Part shown: positions 27,777 to 39,255 of the stretch, in pieces
Layout: each line of letters opens with the position of its first letter
How positions within the stretch are numbered: position 1 is the stretch's first letter
Source of the DNA: an uncultured Chloroflexia bacterium
GTDB taxonomy: Bacteria > Chloroflexota > Dehalococcoidia > UBA2979
DNA length: 64,000 nucleotides
Assembly: GCA_963728205.1 (NCBI GenBank)
Contig: CAVSIV010000001.1
Span: 864,001-928,000, forward strand
Direction of reading: 5' to 3'
Program-made: the position numbers and the translations under genes
The notes under the pieces: model-generated
Database searches by the model: none
What the model saw: only the letters and a program-made list of their open reading frames with translations
What the model was told of the DNA's origin: nothing

Positions 27777-28124
27777 ATGGAGTCCGTCCTTCTCCCGCTG
27801 GTCATCGTCGGGCTCTTCTACTTCATCCTGCTGCGGCCGGTGCTGAACCAGCAGCGGGAGCGCAAGCGCGACATCTCCTCGCTCGACGTGGGCGACGAGG
27901 TCCTGACCGCGGGCGGCCTCTTCGCGATCGTGCGCGAGATCAACATGACGGAGGACGGCACGATGGAGATCATCCTCGAGGTCGCGCCCGGCATCCGGCT
28001 CCGCGGCACCACCGCGGCGGTCGACCACGTCGTGCGGCGTGCCGCCGAGCTGGCGGATGGCGCCGCGGGCGCCGCGGGCGCCGACGGCGGCGAGCCGGGT
28101 GCCGCGGACGGGGGCCGCGCGTGA
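27777..28124 (+). CDS. yajC: Preprotein translocase subunit YajC
   Basis: N-terminal TM helix, FYFILLRP, GDEVLTAGGL. Directly upstream of secD. Confidence 0.9.
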   Translation: MESVLLPLVIVGLFYFILLRPVLNQQRERKRDISSLDVGDEVLTAGGLFAIVREINMTEDGTMEIILEVAPGIRLRGTTAAVDHVVRRAAELADGAAGAAGADGGEPGAADGGRA

Positions 28125-29551
28125 GGCGCTACCGTCACATCCTCCCCGTCTTCGCCGTCCTGCTGCTCGCGATCGCCTCGCTGGTCGTGATCTGGCCGAA
28201 GGACCCGACCCTCTACCTGCCGTCCGCGGTCCCGTGGCCCCAGGGTCACGGCATCTCCATCGGCGGGTTCCACCGCGACACGATGAAGCTCGGCCTCGAC
28301 CTCCAGGGCGGCACGCGCCTCCTGTTGCACGGCGAGCTCCCCTCCGGCACCAGCGGCAACATGAACGACGCGATCGCCGGCACCATCAGCGTGCTGCAGA
28401 AGCGCGTGAACGGGCTTGGCGTCTCCGAGTCCGAGATCACGCAGCAGGGCAAGCAGGACATCGCGATCCAGCTGCCGGGCGTGACGCCCGACCAGGCGCG
28501 CCAGGTCCTCGGCCGCACCGCGCTGCTGCGCTTCTGTGAGCCCGCGACGAACCTGCTGCAGGAGGTCGGTCCCTGCGACACGCAGGGCCAGTGGGAGCAG
28601 GCGACGGGGATCGTCAACGGGAAGCGCGAGGCGCTCACCGGCTCCTACCTGAAGTCGAATGCCTTCGTCTCCGCCGACCAGATCGGCAACCCCGCCGTCA
28701 GCTTCGAGCTGCAGGGCGACGGCCCGGGCCTGATGCAGCAGGTCACCCAGCGGCTGCTCGGCAAGCCGATGGCGATCTTCCTCGACAACGAGCTGATCTC
28801 CTCGCCGACCGTGCAGGGCGTGATCAGCGACCGCGGCCAGATCACCGGCCTCTCGCTGCAGCGTGCGCAGGAGCTCGTCGTGCAGCTGAACTCCGGCGCG
28901 CTCCCGCTGCACCTCACGGTGCTGCAGGAGCAGACGGTGAACGCGACGCTCGGCTCGGACTCCGTGACGAAGTCGGTGCTGGCCGGCGAGGTCGGGCTGC
29001 TGCTCGTCATCCTCTTCATGACGCTCTACTACCGGCTTCCCGGTTTGCTCGCGGGCTGCGCGCTCGTCGTCTACACGCTGCTCACGCTCGCGGTGTTCAA
29101 GCTGATCCCGATCACGCTCACGCTCGCCGGCATCGGCGGCTTCGTGCTCTCGATCGGGATGGCCGTCGACGCCAACGTGCTGATTTTCGAGCGCCTCAAA
29201 GAGGAGCTGCGCTCCGGGCGGTCGTACCAGTCGGCGATCGACGTGGCGTTCTCGCGCGCCTGGCCGTCCATCCGTGACTCGAACGCCAGCACGCTGATCA
29301 CCTGCCTCATCCTGTGGGTGCTCGGCGGCGGCATCACGCTGCCCGTGCTCGGTGCGTTCAACGCGCCGCTCGTCCAGGGCTTCGCGCTCGCGCTCGCCAT
29401 CGGCGTGCTCGTCTCGCTCTTCTCCGCAATCACCGTCACGCGCACCTTCATGCACGCGCTGATTGGCACGGGCGTCTCCATGCACCTCGACTGGGTCCTG
29501 CCCGATGCCGCACCCGTCCCCGATGTCGCGGAGGAAGGCGGGCCCGCGTGA
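28121..29551 (+). CDS. secD: Protein translocase subunit SecD
   Basis: LGLDLQGG, RVNGLGVSE, LNSGALP, GMAVDANVLIFER, IRDSN. Confidence 0.95.
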   Translation: MRRYRHILPVFAVLLLAIASLVVIWPKDPTLYLPSAVPWPQGHGISIGGFHRDTMKLGLDLQGGTRLLLHGELPSGTSGNMNDAIAGTISVLQKRVNGLGVSESEITQQGKQDIAIQLPGVTPDQARQVLGRTALLRFCEPATNLLQEVGPCDTQGQWEQATGIVNGKREALTGSYLKSNAFVSADQIGNPAVSFELQGDGPGLMQQVTQRLLGKPMAIFLDNELISSPTVQGVISDRGQITGLSLQRAQELVVQLNSGALPLHLTVLQEQTVNATLGSDSVTKSVLAGEVGLLLVILFMTLYYRLPGLLAGCALVVYTLLTLAVFKLIPITLTLAGIGGFVLSIGMAVDANVLIFERLKEELRSGRSYQSAIDVAFSRAWPSIRDSNASTLITCLILWVLGGGITLPVLGAFNAPLVQGFALALAIGVLVSLFSAITVTRTFMHALIGTGVSMHLDWVLPDAAPVPDVAEEGGPA

Positions 29552-30864
29552 AGTTCGACCTCGTCCACAGCCGGCGCCGGTTCTTCATCGGCTCCGGCAC
29601 GCTCGTCCTGCTGTCGCTCATCATCCTGCTGATCCCGCCGATGTTCCGGCCGGGCATCGAGTTCACCTCGGGCAGCACCGCGCAGGTCCAGTTCCAGCAG
29701 CATGTCGACGAGTCGGCGCTGCGCGACCTCTACGCCTCGCTCGGCCACCCCGAGGCGCGCATCCAGTCGACGGGCACCAACCAGTTCCTGATTCGCACGA
29801 AGCAGCTGGAGGTCCCGGAGTCCGCCTTCAACCAGGCCGCGGCCACGCCGACCGTCGAGGCGACCCCCGTCGGGCCCGCGCCGGCGTCGTTCATCGGCAC
29901 GCTCACGCTCGGCGCCGACGGCGCGACCGGTGACGTTCTGCTGCGCAAGGCGTTCAACAACGACGTCTGCACCCTCGGCGACGTCGCCGGGTCGTTCCCG
30001 GCCGGCACCGAGGCGCAGGTGCTGACGCAGTACACGAAGTGCGGCACAGGCGACAAGCTCGTCTACGAGGTCGTCGTGAAGGACACGAAGGGCCTCGTCG
30101 CGGCGGCGAACGTGCACGGCTTCACGCCGGCCGCGACGCCGACGCCCGCGGCGAGCGCCACGCCGGGCGCCGCGGCCGGCCCCGCCCAGAACGAGGGCGA
30201 GTGGACGACGATCCAGAACGCGATGCAGAAGAAGTTCGGCGCGTTCGACGTGCAGGAGTTCTCCACCGTGTCGGCCGTCGTCTCGCACGTCGCCGTGCGC
30301 AACGCGTCGATCGCGGTGGCGGTCGCGGCGATCTTCATCCTCGCGTACGTGGCGTGGGCGTTCTCGTCCGTGCCGCGGCCGTTCCGCTACGGCGCGTCCG
30401 CCATCATCGCCCTCGTCCACGACACGATGATCGTGCTGGGCGCGTTCTCGCTCTTCGGCAAGGTCTTCGGCATGGAGATCGACCTGATGTTCGTCACGGG
30501 ACTCTTAACCGTGATCGGCTTCTCCGTGCACGACACGATCGTGGTGTTCGACCGCATCCGTGAGAACGTCCGCATCGCGCCGTCGGCGCCATTCCCGGAC
30601 AACGTGAACGCCGCGCTGATCCAGACGATGGCGCGCTCGCTCAACACGTCGCTGACGGTGCTGATCACGGTCGGAGCGATGCTGCTGCTCGGCGGCGTGA
30701 CGATTCGCGAGTTCCTGCTCGTGATCCTGATCGGCGTGATCTCCGGGACGTACTCGAGCATCGGCATCGCGTCACAGGTGCTGGTGTCGTGGGAGCAGGG
30801 CGACTTCGCGCGCTGGTTCCGGTGGATGCGCAGCCGCGAGGCGGACACGGCGACGCAGTCGTAG
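29548..30864 (+). CDS. secF: Protein translocase subunit SecF with a ~120-aa extracytoplasmic insertion, 438 aa
   Basis: GIEFTSG, ALVHD, GFSVHDTIVVFDRIREN, RSLNTS, GTYSSI. Confidence 0.93.
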   Translation: MKFDLVHSRRRFFIGSGTLVLLSLIILLIPPMFRPGIEFTSGSTAQVQFQQHVDESALRDLYASLGHPEARIQSTGTNQFLIRTKQLEVPESAFNQAAATPTVEATPVGPAPASFIGTLTLGADGATGDVLLRKAFNNDVCTLGDVAGSFPAGTEAQVLTQYTKCGTGDKLVYEVVVKDTKGLVAAANVHGFTPAATPTPAASATPGAAAGPAQNEGEWTTIQNAMQKKFGAFDVQEFSTVSAVVSHVAVRNASIAVAVAAIFILAYVAWAFSSVPRPFRYGASAIIALVHDTMIVLGAFSLFGKVFGMEIDLMFVTGLLTVIGFSVHDTIVVFDRIRENVRIAPSAPFPDNVNAALIQTMARSLNTSLTVLITVGAMLLLGGVTIREFLLVILIGVISGTYSSIGIASQVLVSWEQGDFARWFRWMRSREADTATQS

Positions 30865-30867
30865 ATC

Positions 30868-30979
30868 CGCTTCCCCGCAGCGGCGGGGGACATGCCGCCG
30901 ACAGATGGGCGGCGCCAGCCGCGCGAACCGGCGTACGCGTGCGGTCGGCGGCGGGTCTGCCGCCGCTGCGCGGGAAGCG
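30868..30979. repeat. REPIN-like inverted pair, family D (AGCGGCGGCAGACATGCCGCCGAC), between convergent secF and selB
   Basis: Degenerate arms at 30877-30902 and 30944-30969. A perfect copy lies at 39077-39151. Confidence 0.7.
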
Positions 30980-30982
30980 CGC

Positions 30983-32878
<1,896 letters not shown>

Positions 32879-32881
32879 GGC

Positions 32882-33160
32882 CTACTCCAGCACGCGATCT
32901 TCGACCAGCGTCTCGCGGCGACAGGCAGGACAGCGCTCGGGCAGCTCCTCGCGCGGCACGATGTCGCGCAGCCCCGACACGCCGATCCAGATGTCGTCGC
33001 GGGCGCGCTCGCTGAACGGGATCGCGCCGGAGCGGCCGCGCGCGGCCGGGCGGTGCTCCTCCTCGACGCGGCGCGCGATCTCCTCCGCGCTGAGCGGGCC
33101 GGGCCGCCGCACGAGCACCTCGCGCCCGCAGTGCGAGCAGCGGTAGACCTGGACGGCCAT
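32882..33160 (-). CDS. Small hypothetical Zn-ribbon protein, 92 aa
   Basis: CSHC near the N-terminus and CPAC near the C-terminus. Packed 1 nt after the hemW stop and 3 nt before the selB ATG. Confidence 0.7.
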   Translation of the reverse strand: MAVQVYRCSHCGREVLVRRPGPLSAEEIARRVEEEHRPAARGRSGAIPFSERARDDIWIGVSGLRDIVPREELPERCPACRRETLVEDRVLE

Positions 33161-33161
33161 C

Positions 33162-34439
33162 TCAGTCGCCGGCGCCGGCCGGTTCGGGCGCGGGGTCGGG
33201 GAGCAGGTCGACGAAGACCTCGTTCGCGAGCAGCAAACCGCGATCGGTGAGCCGAATGCGGCCGTCGCGCTCCTCGAGCAACCCGAGCTGGAGGTGGCGC
33301 CGCAGCGCGCCGCCGAACGCGTCGTGCGGGTCGACGCCCCACTGCGCGGCGAATGCCGCGCGGTCAACGCCGTCGAGCAGCCGCAGCCCGAGGATCATCG
33401 CGTCCGCGATCAGGGTCGGTGCGTCGGGCGTCTCGCCGCCGGCGATCTGCAGCATCGACGTGTGTCCGCTGCGCCGGCGCTCCTCCCATGCGCGGCCGAT
33501 CGCGTCGACATAACGGTTCGGCGCGTCGAGGTCGGCGAAGCGCTGCCCCAGGAAGAAGGAGTGTGCCCCGGCGCCGAACCCGAGGTAGGGCGCGGCGCGC
33601 CAGTAGACGAGGTTGTGCCGGCACGCGCGCCGCGGCTTCGCCCAGTTCGAGATCTCGTACTGCTCGTAGCCGGCCGCGGCGAGGCGGCGGCGTGTCCACT
33701 CGTACTGATCGGCCGCGACGTCGGGGTCGGGCTCCGGGAGCTGGCCCTTCTGCACGCGGTAGTAGAGCGCGGTGCCGGGCTCGACGGTCAGCGCGTAGCA
33801 GGAGAGGTGCTCCGGCTCGAGCCGCAGCACGCGCTCGACGGTCTGCTGCCAGCGCTCGAGCGGCTGGCCGATCAGCCCGAAGATGAGGTCGAGGTTGAGG
33901 TTGTCGAAGCCGGCCGCGCGCGCGTCGGCGACGGCCTGCTCCACGCGCTCGGGGGTGTGCGCCCGCTCCAGCAGCTCCAGCTCGTCGGCGTGCATGGACT
34001 GCACGCCCATCGACAGGCGGTTGATGCCGAGCGCGCGCATGCCCGCGAGGTGCTCGCGCGTGAGCTCGGTGGGGTTCGCTTCGAGCGTCCACTCGGCGTC
34101 GGAGGCGACGCGGTAGTGCGCGCGCACGGCGCTCGTGATCGCCTCGAGGTCGGCGAGCGACGTGAGGCTCGGCGTGCCGCCGCCGAAGAACACGGTCTCG
34201 ACGTGGTACGCGGCCGCGGCGGGCGACCACATCTCGATCTCGTGGCAGAGCGCGGGGGTGTAGTCCGGCACGAGGTGGTCGAGGTGCTCGTACGAGTTGA
34301 AGTCGCAGTAGCCGCACTTCGCGGTGCAGAACGGGATGTGCAGGTAGAGCGAGAGCGCGGGGTCGCCGGCGGGTGCTGCGTCGCGGGGCGTCGTGCCGGG
34401 CAGCGCGGCCGCCGGCGTGGCGGGCGTGAGGTTGGTCAC
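33162..34439 (-). CDS. hemW: Radical SAM heme chaperone HemW (HemN-like)
   Basis: YLHIPFCTAKCGYCDF, FGGGTPS, EANP, YEISNW and HNLVYW (HNxxYW). Start approximate. Confidence 0.9.
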   Translation of the reverse strand: MTNLTPATPAAALPGTTPRDAAPAGDPALSLYLHIPFCTAKCGYCDFNSYEHLDHLVPDYTPALCHEIEMWSPAAAAYHVETVFFGGGTPSLTSLADLEAITSAVRAHYRVASDAEWTLEANPTELTREHLAGMRALGINRLSMGVQSMHADELELLERAHTPERVEQAVADARAAGFDNLNLDLIFGLIGQPLERWQQTVERVLRLEPEHLSCYALTVEPGTALYYRVQKGQLPEPDPDVAADQYEWTRRRLAAAGYEQYEISNWAKPRRACRHNLVYWRAAPYLGFGAGAHSFFLGQRFADLDAPNRYVDAIGRAWEERRRSGHTSMLQIAGGETPDAPTLIADAMILGLRLLDGVDRAAFAAQWGVDPHDAFGGALRRHLQLGLLEERDGRIRLTDRGLLLANEVFVDLLPDPAPEPAGAGD

Positions 34440-34558
34440 GGGGCTCGGTCCACCTTCCGCCGGCCAGCGTACCAGCCGCCCCACGCGCGGGCGACGCGGG
34501 GCGCGGCGCACCGGGACGTCGTGGGGACGCCCGCCCGCCGCGGCCGTAGGATGCGGCG

Positions 34559-35821
34559 GTGGACCAGTCCTCGCTCCACGACGCGCTCGACCGCTGGCTC
34601 GCGGCCGGCCTGATCGACCCGGCCCAGGCCGAGGGGATTGCCGCGCACGAAGCAGCCCTCGCGCCGCTCGACTCGCCGGCGGTCGCGCACCCCGAGCGCG
34701 CGCGCATCGACGTCGGCGCCGTGCTCGCGTACGCGGGGACGCTCGTCGCGCTGGCCGCCGTGTTCGCGCTCTACGTCACCGTGTTCCAGGACTACACCGA
34801 GCGCGCGCGCATCGCGCTCATGTTCGCGGTCGCGGCCGGTGCCGCCGTGCTCGCCTTCGGCGCGTCGCGCTTCCGCGCCGGCGAGTCGCTGGCCGACGCG
34901 CTCGGCCTCGCGACGACGCTGATCGCGGCGTGGGCGACGGGGGAGCTGTTCCGCGCGACGGGCTGGCTGGGCGACCTGCCGCGGCAGGTCGCGCCGGGGT
35001 ACGGGCGGGCGGTGGGCGAGCTGAGGGGGGCGCTGCTCGGCATCGGGCTCGTCGGCACGGTGGTCGGCTACGCCGCCGCGCGCGGCTTGCGGTCGCCGCT
35101 CTCCGCGGCGGCGTCCGCGGTCGGGCTCGCGTGGGCGGCCGGCGTGACGGTGTGGTGGCTCGCCGACCCCGGCGCGGCGGCGCCCGGGATCCCCGGCGGG
35201 CAGGCGATCGTGATCGTCGGCGACGCGCTCGCGCTGGCGACGCTCGTGCCGGGCGTCGTCGGCCTGCGCGATCGCGGTCGCTTCTGGTGGCAGCTCGGCG
35301 CGCTCGGCGCGGCGAACGTGGCGGCGTTCGCGCTCGCCGTCTCGAGCGGCGGCATCTACGAGGGGCTGCTGCTGGCATACGCGATCGGCCTCGCCGCGGT
35401 CGCGATCCTGCGCGGGGGACGGCTGTTCCTCGTCGCCGGGGCGGTCGCGCTCTACGAGTACGTCGGCGTCGTCATCTTCCGCACCTTCCAGGGCGCGGTG
35501 GCGGCGATCGTCGTGCTCGCGCTGGTCGGGCTCGGCACGGCGTTCGCCGGCGGCTTCGGCCAGCGCGTCGGGTTTGCGTGGCTCTGGCGCTGGACCGCCC
35601 CGCGTCGCCCGCGCCCTCCGGCGCCGGAGGCGTCGCAGGAGCCGGAGGAGCCGCCGCGGGACGCTACGCTGTCGCCCGAGAACGAGCCGTTCGACGACGG
35701 CGGCGAAGACGCGGACGAGGATCGCGAGGCGAGCGAGGCCGTCCCGGACGCCGCTCCGCCGTCGGTCGCCGCGCCCGGCGGTGGTGCGGCGCACGCGGAG
35801 GAGGAGACCGAATGGCACTGA
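34559..35821 (+). CDS. Polytopic membrane protein (DUF2157-like N-terminus, acidic tail)
   Basis: LDRWLAAGLIDPAQAEGI followed by about 10 hydrophobic segments. Confidence 0.7.
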   Translation: MDQSSLHDALDRWLAAGLIDPAQAEGIAAHEAALAPLDSPAVAHPERARIDVGAVLAYAGTLVALAAVFALYVTVFQDYTERARIALMFAVAAGAAVLAFGASRFRAGESLADALGLATTLIAAWATGELFRATGWLGDLPRQVAPGYGRAVGELRGALLGIGLVGTVVGYAAARGLRSPLSAAASAVGLAWAAGVTVWWLADPGAAAPGIPGGQAIVIVGDALALATLVPGVVGLRDRGRFWWQLGALGAANVAAFALAVSSGGIYEGLLLAYAIGLAAVAILRGGRLFLVAGAVALYEYVGVVIFRTFQGAVAAIVVLALVGLGTAFAGGFGQRVGFAWLWRWTAPRRPRPPAPEASQEPEEPPRDATLSPENEPFDDGGEDADEDREASEAVPDAAPPSVAAPGGGAAHAEEETEWH

Positions 35822-36213
35822 CGCCCGAACAGGACACCTATCTGCGCGAGCACCGCCAGGCGGTGCTCGGCACGGGCCGACGCGACGGCTCCCCGCAGCT
35901 GTCGACCATCATGTACGACTACGACGGCGACGACGTCGCGATCTCCGTGACGAGCGACCGCGCGAAGTGGAAGAACGCGGTGCGGCAGCCGAAGGTCGCG
36001 CTGCTCGTGCCGGACGGCCGGCGTCAGCTCATCGTCTACGGCACCGCCCGAGCGGTCGACGACCTGCCCGGCATCGTCGCCGGCCACCGCCGCATCCGCG
36101 CGGCGATGGGCCGCCCGTCGGACGCGAGCGACGAGGATCTCGGGCGTGAGCTCGCGGAGCAGCAGCGCGTGATCCTCGCGATCACCCCGGAGCGCGCGTT
36201 CATGAACGACTGA
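35812..36213 (+). CDS. PPOX-class (pyridoxamine 5'-phosphate oxidase-like) F420-dependent oxidoreductase
   Basis: AVLGTGRRDGSPQLS, RAKWKNAVRQPKVALLV. SD GGAGGAG. Confidence 0.8.
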   Translation: MALTPEQDTYLREHRQAVLGTGRRDGSPQLSTIMYDYDGDDVAISVTSDRAKWKNAVRQPKVALLVPDGRRQLIVYGTARAVDDLPGIVAGHRRIRAAMGRPSDASDEDLGRELAEQQRVILAITPERAFMND

Positions 36214-36214
36214 C

Positions 36215-37079
36215 ATGGCCCGCTTCGAGCGGCGCCTGGTCAAGGTCCTGAGCGCCGCGTGCGTGATGCTCGCCGCGATCGCCGTGCCAGCGACGCATGC
36301 GCGCGCTGATAGCGGCGACTGGCAGCTCGACGTCGATCCCGCGGTCGGACGCTGCGATGGTCCGCTCACCTTCGCCGGTTACGGCTTCCCGCCCGGCGCG
36401 GACGTACTGGTGTTTCGGTTCGACGGCTACGAGCGCACGCCTCTGGCGGGTGTGCGCTCCGACGCGAGCGGGACGTTCTCGACGGTGGTGGCGAACGCAT
36501 TCCCGGCGCAGTGCAGCAGCCTGGTATTCGGTGCTCGCGCGATCAACGCGCCGCGGGACCAAGGGGGGCGGTCAGGCCCTGGTGGAGTACACGCTCCTCA
36601 CCGCGCAGCAGCTTTCGGTCGCGCCGATCGGTGATGGATGTACGCGGGCGCGATTGTCCGGAGCGGGCTTCGCCGGTGCGCGCCAGGTCGAGATCCTTCA
36701 GGGGCATGCCGGACCGCTTGGGGACTCGTATGCCGGGGTCGGGGTCGCGGACGTGGATGTGTCGGGTGCGTTCTCCATCGTCGTGCCGACGCTGCTGCGT
36801 TCGCCGTGTGCGCCCGGTACCCGGATTGGTTACTACGTGCTGGCGTATGCGAACTCACCCTCGCCCGATGCGCCCGTGCTCTTCCCGCGCAAGAAGGTCG
36901 TCTACACCGTCGGCATGCGCGCCGCGTCGACGGGGAACGCAGGGCTGGCCGCGCGCACGAGCCGCGCGAGCGCGTGGCGGTGGGCACTGTCGAGCGCCGC
37001 GCTGGCGCTCGTCGCGCTCGGCCGCGCGGCCGTCACCCGCATGGCGCGGCGGCGCGGCGTGGGGCCGCCCGCTACGTGA
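36215..37079 (+). CDS. Secreted/surface protein with two related beta-rich repeats and a C-terminal sorting-like signal; +1 frameshift at ~36563-36568
   Basis: Signal peptide (..ATHARA), repeats LDVDP..C..LTFAGYGF..DASGTFS and LSVAP..C..LSGAGF..DVSGAFS, then STGNAG, a hydrophobic stretch and RRRG. Frames join if the G6 run is G5. Confidence 0.6.
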
Positions 37080-37179
37080 TCGCTTTCTTCCACGCCTGCG
37101 CCTCGCGCCGAAGGACGCGCCGCTCCTACCTCGTGTCCGCGGCGCGTGCGACACTCGGCAACCGAAGGAGCGACCGCCC

Positions 37180-39033
37180 ATGTTGAAGACCCACGGCTGC
37201 GGTGAGCTGCGCGTCGAGCACGCCGGGCAGCAGGTGACGCTGGCCGGCTGGGTGCACCGGCGCCGCGATCACGGCGGCCTCGTCTTCGTCGATCTCCGCG
37301 ACTCCACCGGCCTCGTCCAGGTCGTCTTCCATCCCGAGCAGGCCGAGGCGATGACCGTCGCCTCCGAGGTGCGGGCCGAGTACGTCATCCGCGTCGCGGG
37401 GCGCGTCGAGCCGCGCCGCCCCGGCACCGAGAACGCCGACCTGCCGACCGGCGCCGTCGAGGTCGAGGTCGCCACCGCCGAGGTGCTCAACCCGTCGGAG
37501 ACGCCGCCGTTCCCCATCAACCAGGACACCGACCCCGGCGAGTTCACGCGCATGCGCTACCGCTACCTCGACCTGCGCCGCGAGCGCATGGCGCGCAACC
37601 TGCGGCTGCGCCACCGCGTCGTGAAGTACATCCGCGACTTCATGGACGAGCGCGGCTTCCTCGAGGTGGAGACGCCGGTGCTCGGCCTCGCCACGCCCGA
37701 GGGCGCGCGCGACTACCTCGTGCCGAGCCGCGTCCACCCCGGCGCGTTCTACGCGCTGCCCCAGTCGCCCCAGCAGTGGAAGCAGCTGCTGATGGTCGCC
37801 GGCGTCGACCGCTACTTTCAGATCGCCCGCTGCTACCGCGACGAGGACCTGCGCGGCGACCGCCAGCCGGAGTTCACGCAGCTCGATCTCGAGATGGCCT
37901 TCGTCGAGGAGGAGGACATCCTCCAGCTGATCGAGGAGCTCTACGCCGGCATGGCGCAGGAGCTGGCGCCCGACCGCGCCATCCCCGTGCCGTTCCCGCG
38001 CATCACCTACGCGGAGGCGATGGAGCGCTACGGCAGCGACAAGCCCGACCTGCGCTACGGCGTCGAGATCGCCGACCTCACCAACCACGTGCGGGCGTCC
38101 GAGTTCCGCGTCTTCGCCGACGCCATCGCGGCGGGCGGCCGCGTGCGCGCGATCGCGGTGCCCGGCGGCGCGTCCTTCGCGCGGCGCGAGGTGGACCGCC
38201 TCACGGACCTGGCGCGCGAGGCCGGCGCGAAGGGGCTCGTGTGGGTGCAGTACGTCGGTGACGACGGCCCGCTCGACGGGCTCACGGCCGACGACGTGAA
38301 GTCGCCGGTGAACCGCTTCTTCACGCCCGAGCAGCTGGGCGAGCTCGGCATCTCGTGCGGGGCGCGCCGCGGCGACATGCTGCTGATCGCCGCCGACCGC
38401 GACCTCGTGACGTCGCGCGTGCTCGATGTGCTGCGCCGCCAGGTCGCCGAGGAGTTGCACCTCGCCGACGAGAGCGCGCTGGCGTTCGCGTTCATCACCG
38501 AGTTCCCGATGTTCGAGTGGGACGAGACCGAGGAGCGCTGGAGCGCGGTGCACCACCTCTTCACCGCGCCGTTCACCGAGGACTTCGACCTGATCGAGAC
38601 CGACCCCGGCGCGGTCCGCTCGCGCGCCTACGACATCATCTGCAACGGCCAGGAGATCGCCTCGGGCTCCATCCGTATGCACCGGCCCGACATGCTGATG
38701 CGCGTGCTGCGCCGGCTCGGCATGACGATGGAGGAGGCGAAGCTGCGCTTCGGCCACATGCTCGAGGCGTTCACCTACGGCGCGCCGCCGCACGGTGGCA
38801 TCGCGCCCGGCATCGACCGCACGGTCGCGCTCTTCGCCGGCGAGCGGGACATTCGCGAGGTGATCGCCTTCCCGAAGACGAAGTCCGCCGCCGACGCCAT
38901 GACGGGGGCGCCGGCGCCGGTGACGCCCGCGCAGCTGCGCGAGGTGCACATCGAGCTCGACGCGGTGGCGCGCGAGGCGCTCGCGGCGGAGGCCGCGGGC
39001 GCGGCCGCCGGGACGGGCGCGGATGCGTCGTGA
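37180..39033 (+). CDS. aspS: Aspartate--tRNA ligase, probably non-discriminating (Asp/Asn)
   Basis: GWVHRRRDHGG, RYRYLDLRR, PEGARDY, LPQSPQ, RQPEFTQLD, PPHGGIA, FPKT. Confidence 0.96.
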   Translation: MLKTHGCGELRVEHAGQQVTLAGWVHRRRDHGGLVFVDLRDSTGLVQVVFHPEQAEAMTVASEVRAEYVIRVAGRVEPRRPGTENADLPTGAVEVEVATAEVLNPSETPPFPINQDTDPGEFTRMRYRYLDLRRERMARNLRLRHRVVKYIRDFMDERGFLEVETPVLGLATPEGARDYLVPSRVHPGAFYALPQSPQQWKQLLMVAGVDRYFQIARCYRDEDLRGDRQPEFTQLDLEMAFVEEEDILQLIEELYAGMAQELAPDRAIPVPFPRITYAEAMERYGSDKPDLRYGVEIADLTNHVRASEFRVFADAIAAGGRVRAIAVPGGASFARREVDRLTDLAREAGAKGLVWVQYVGDDGPLDGLTADDVKSPVNRFFTPEQLGELGISCGARRGDMLLIAADRDLVTSRVLDVLRRQVAEELHLADESALAFAFITEFPMFEWDETEERWSAVHHLFTAPFTEDFDLIETDPGAVRSRAYDIICNGQEIASGSIRMHRPDMLMRVLRRLGMTMEEAKLRFGHMLEAFTYGAPPHGGIAPGIDRTVALFAGERDIREVIAFPKTKSAADAMTGAPAPVTPAQLREVHIELDAVAREALAAEAAGAAAGTGADAS

Positions 39034-39076
39034 GCGCGAGCCGGGCCCGTGCGTCCGCGCGGCGACGTCATTCGCA

Positions 39077-39151
39077 AGCGGCGGCAGACATGCCGCCGAC
39101 AGGTCGCGGCCGGGAGGCCGCGAAGGCGTCGGCGGCATGTCTGCCGCCGCT
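39077..39151. repeat. REPIN-like inverted pair, family D
   Basis: Perfect 24-bp inverted repeat at 39077-39100 and 39128-39151, each arm containing GGCGGCA-N4-TGCCGCC. Confidence 0.8.
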
Positions 39152-39255
39152 GTGGGCGCCCACTTCGGCCGCGGGCTTGTATGATTGCGCCTCCGACGTA
39201 CGGTCGGCCCCGTCGCACCCGGGTTCTGCCCACCGCAGTTAGAGGAGCCGACTGA

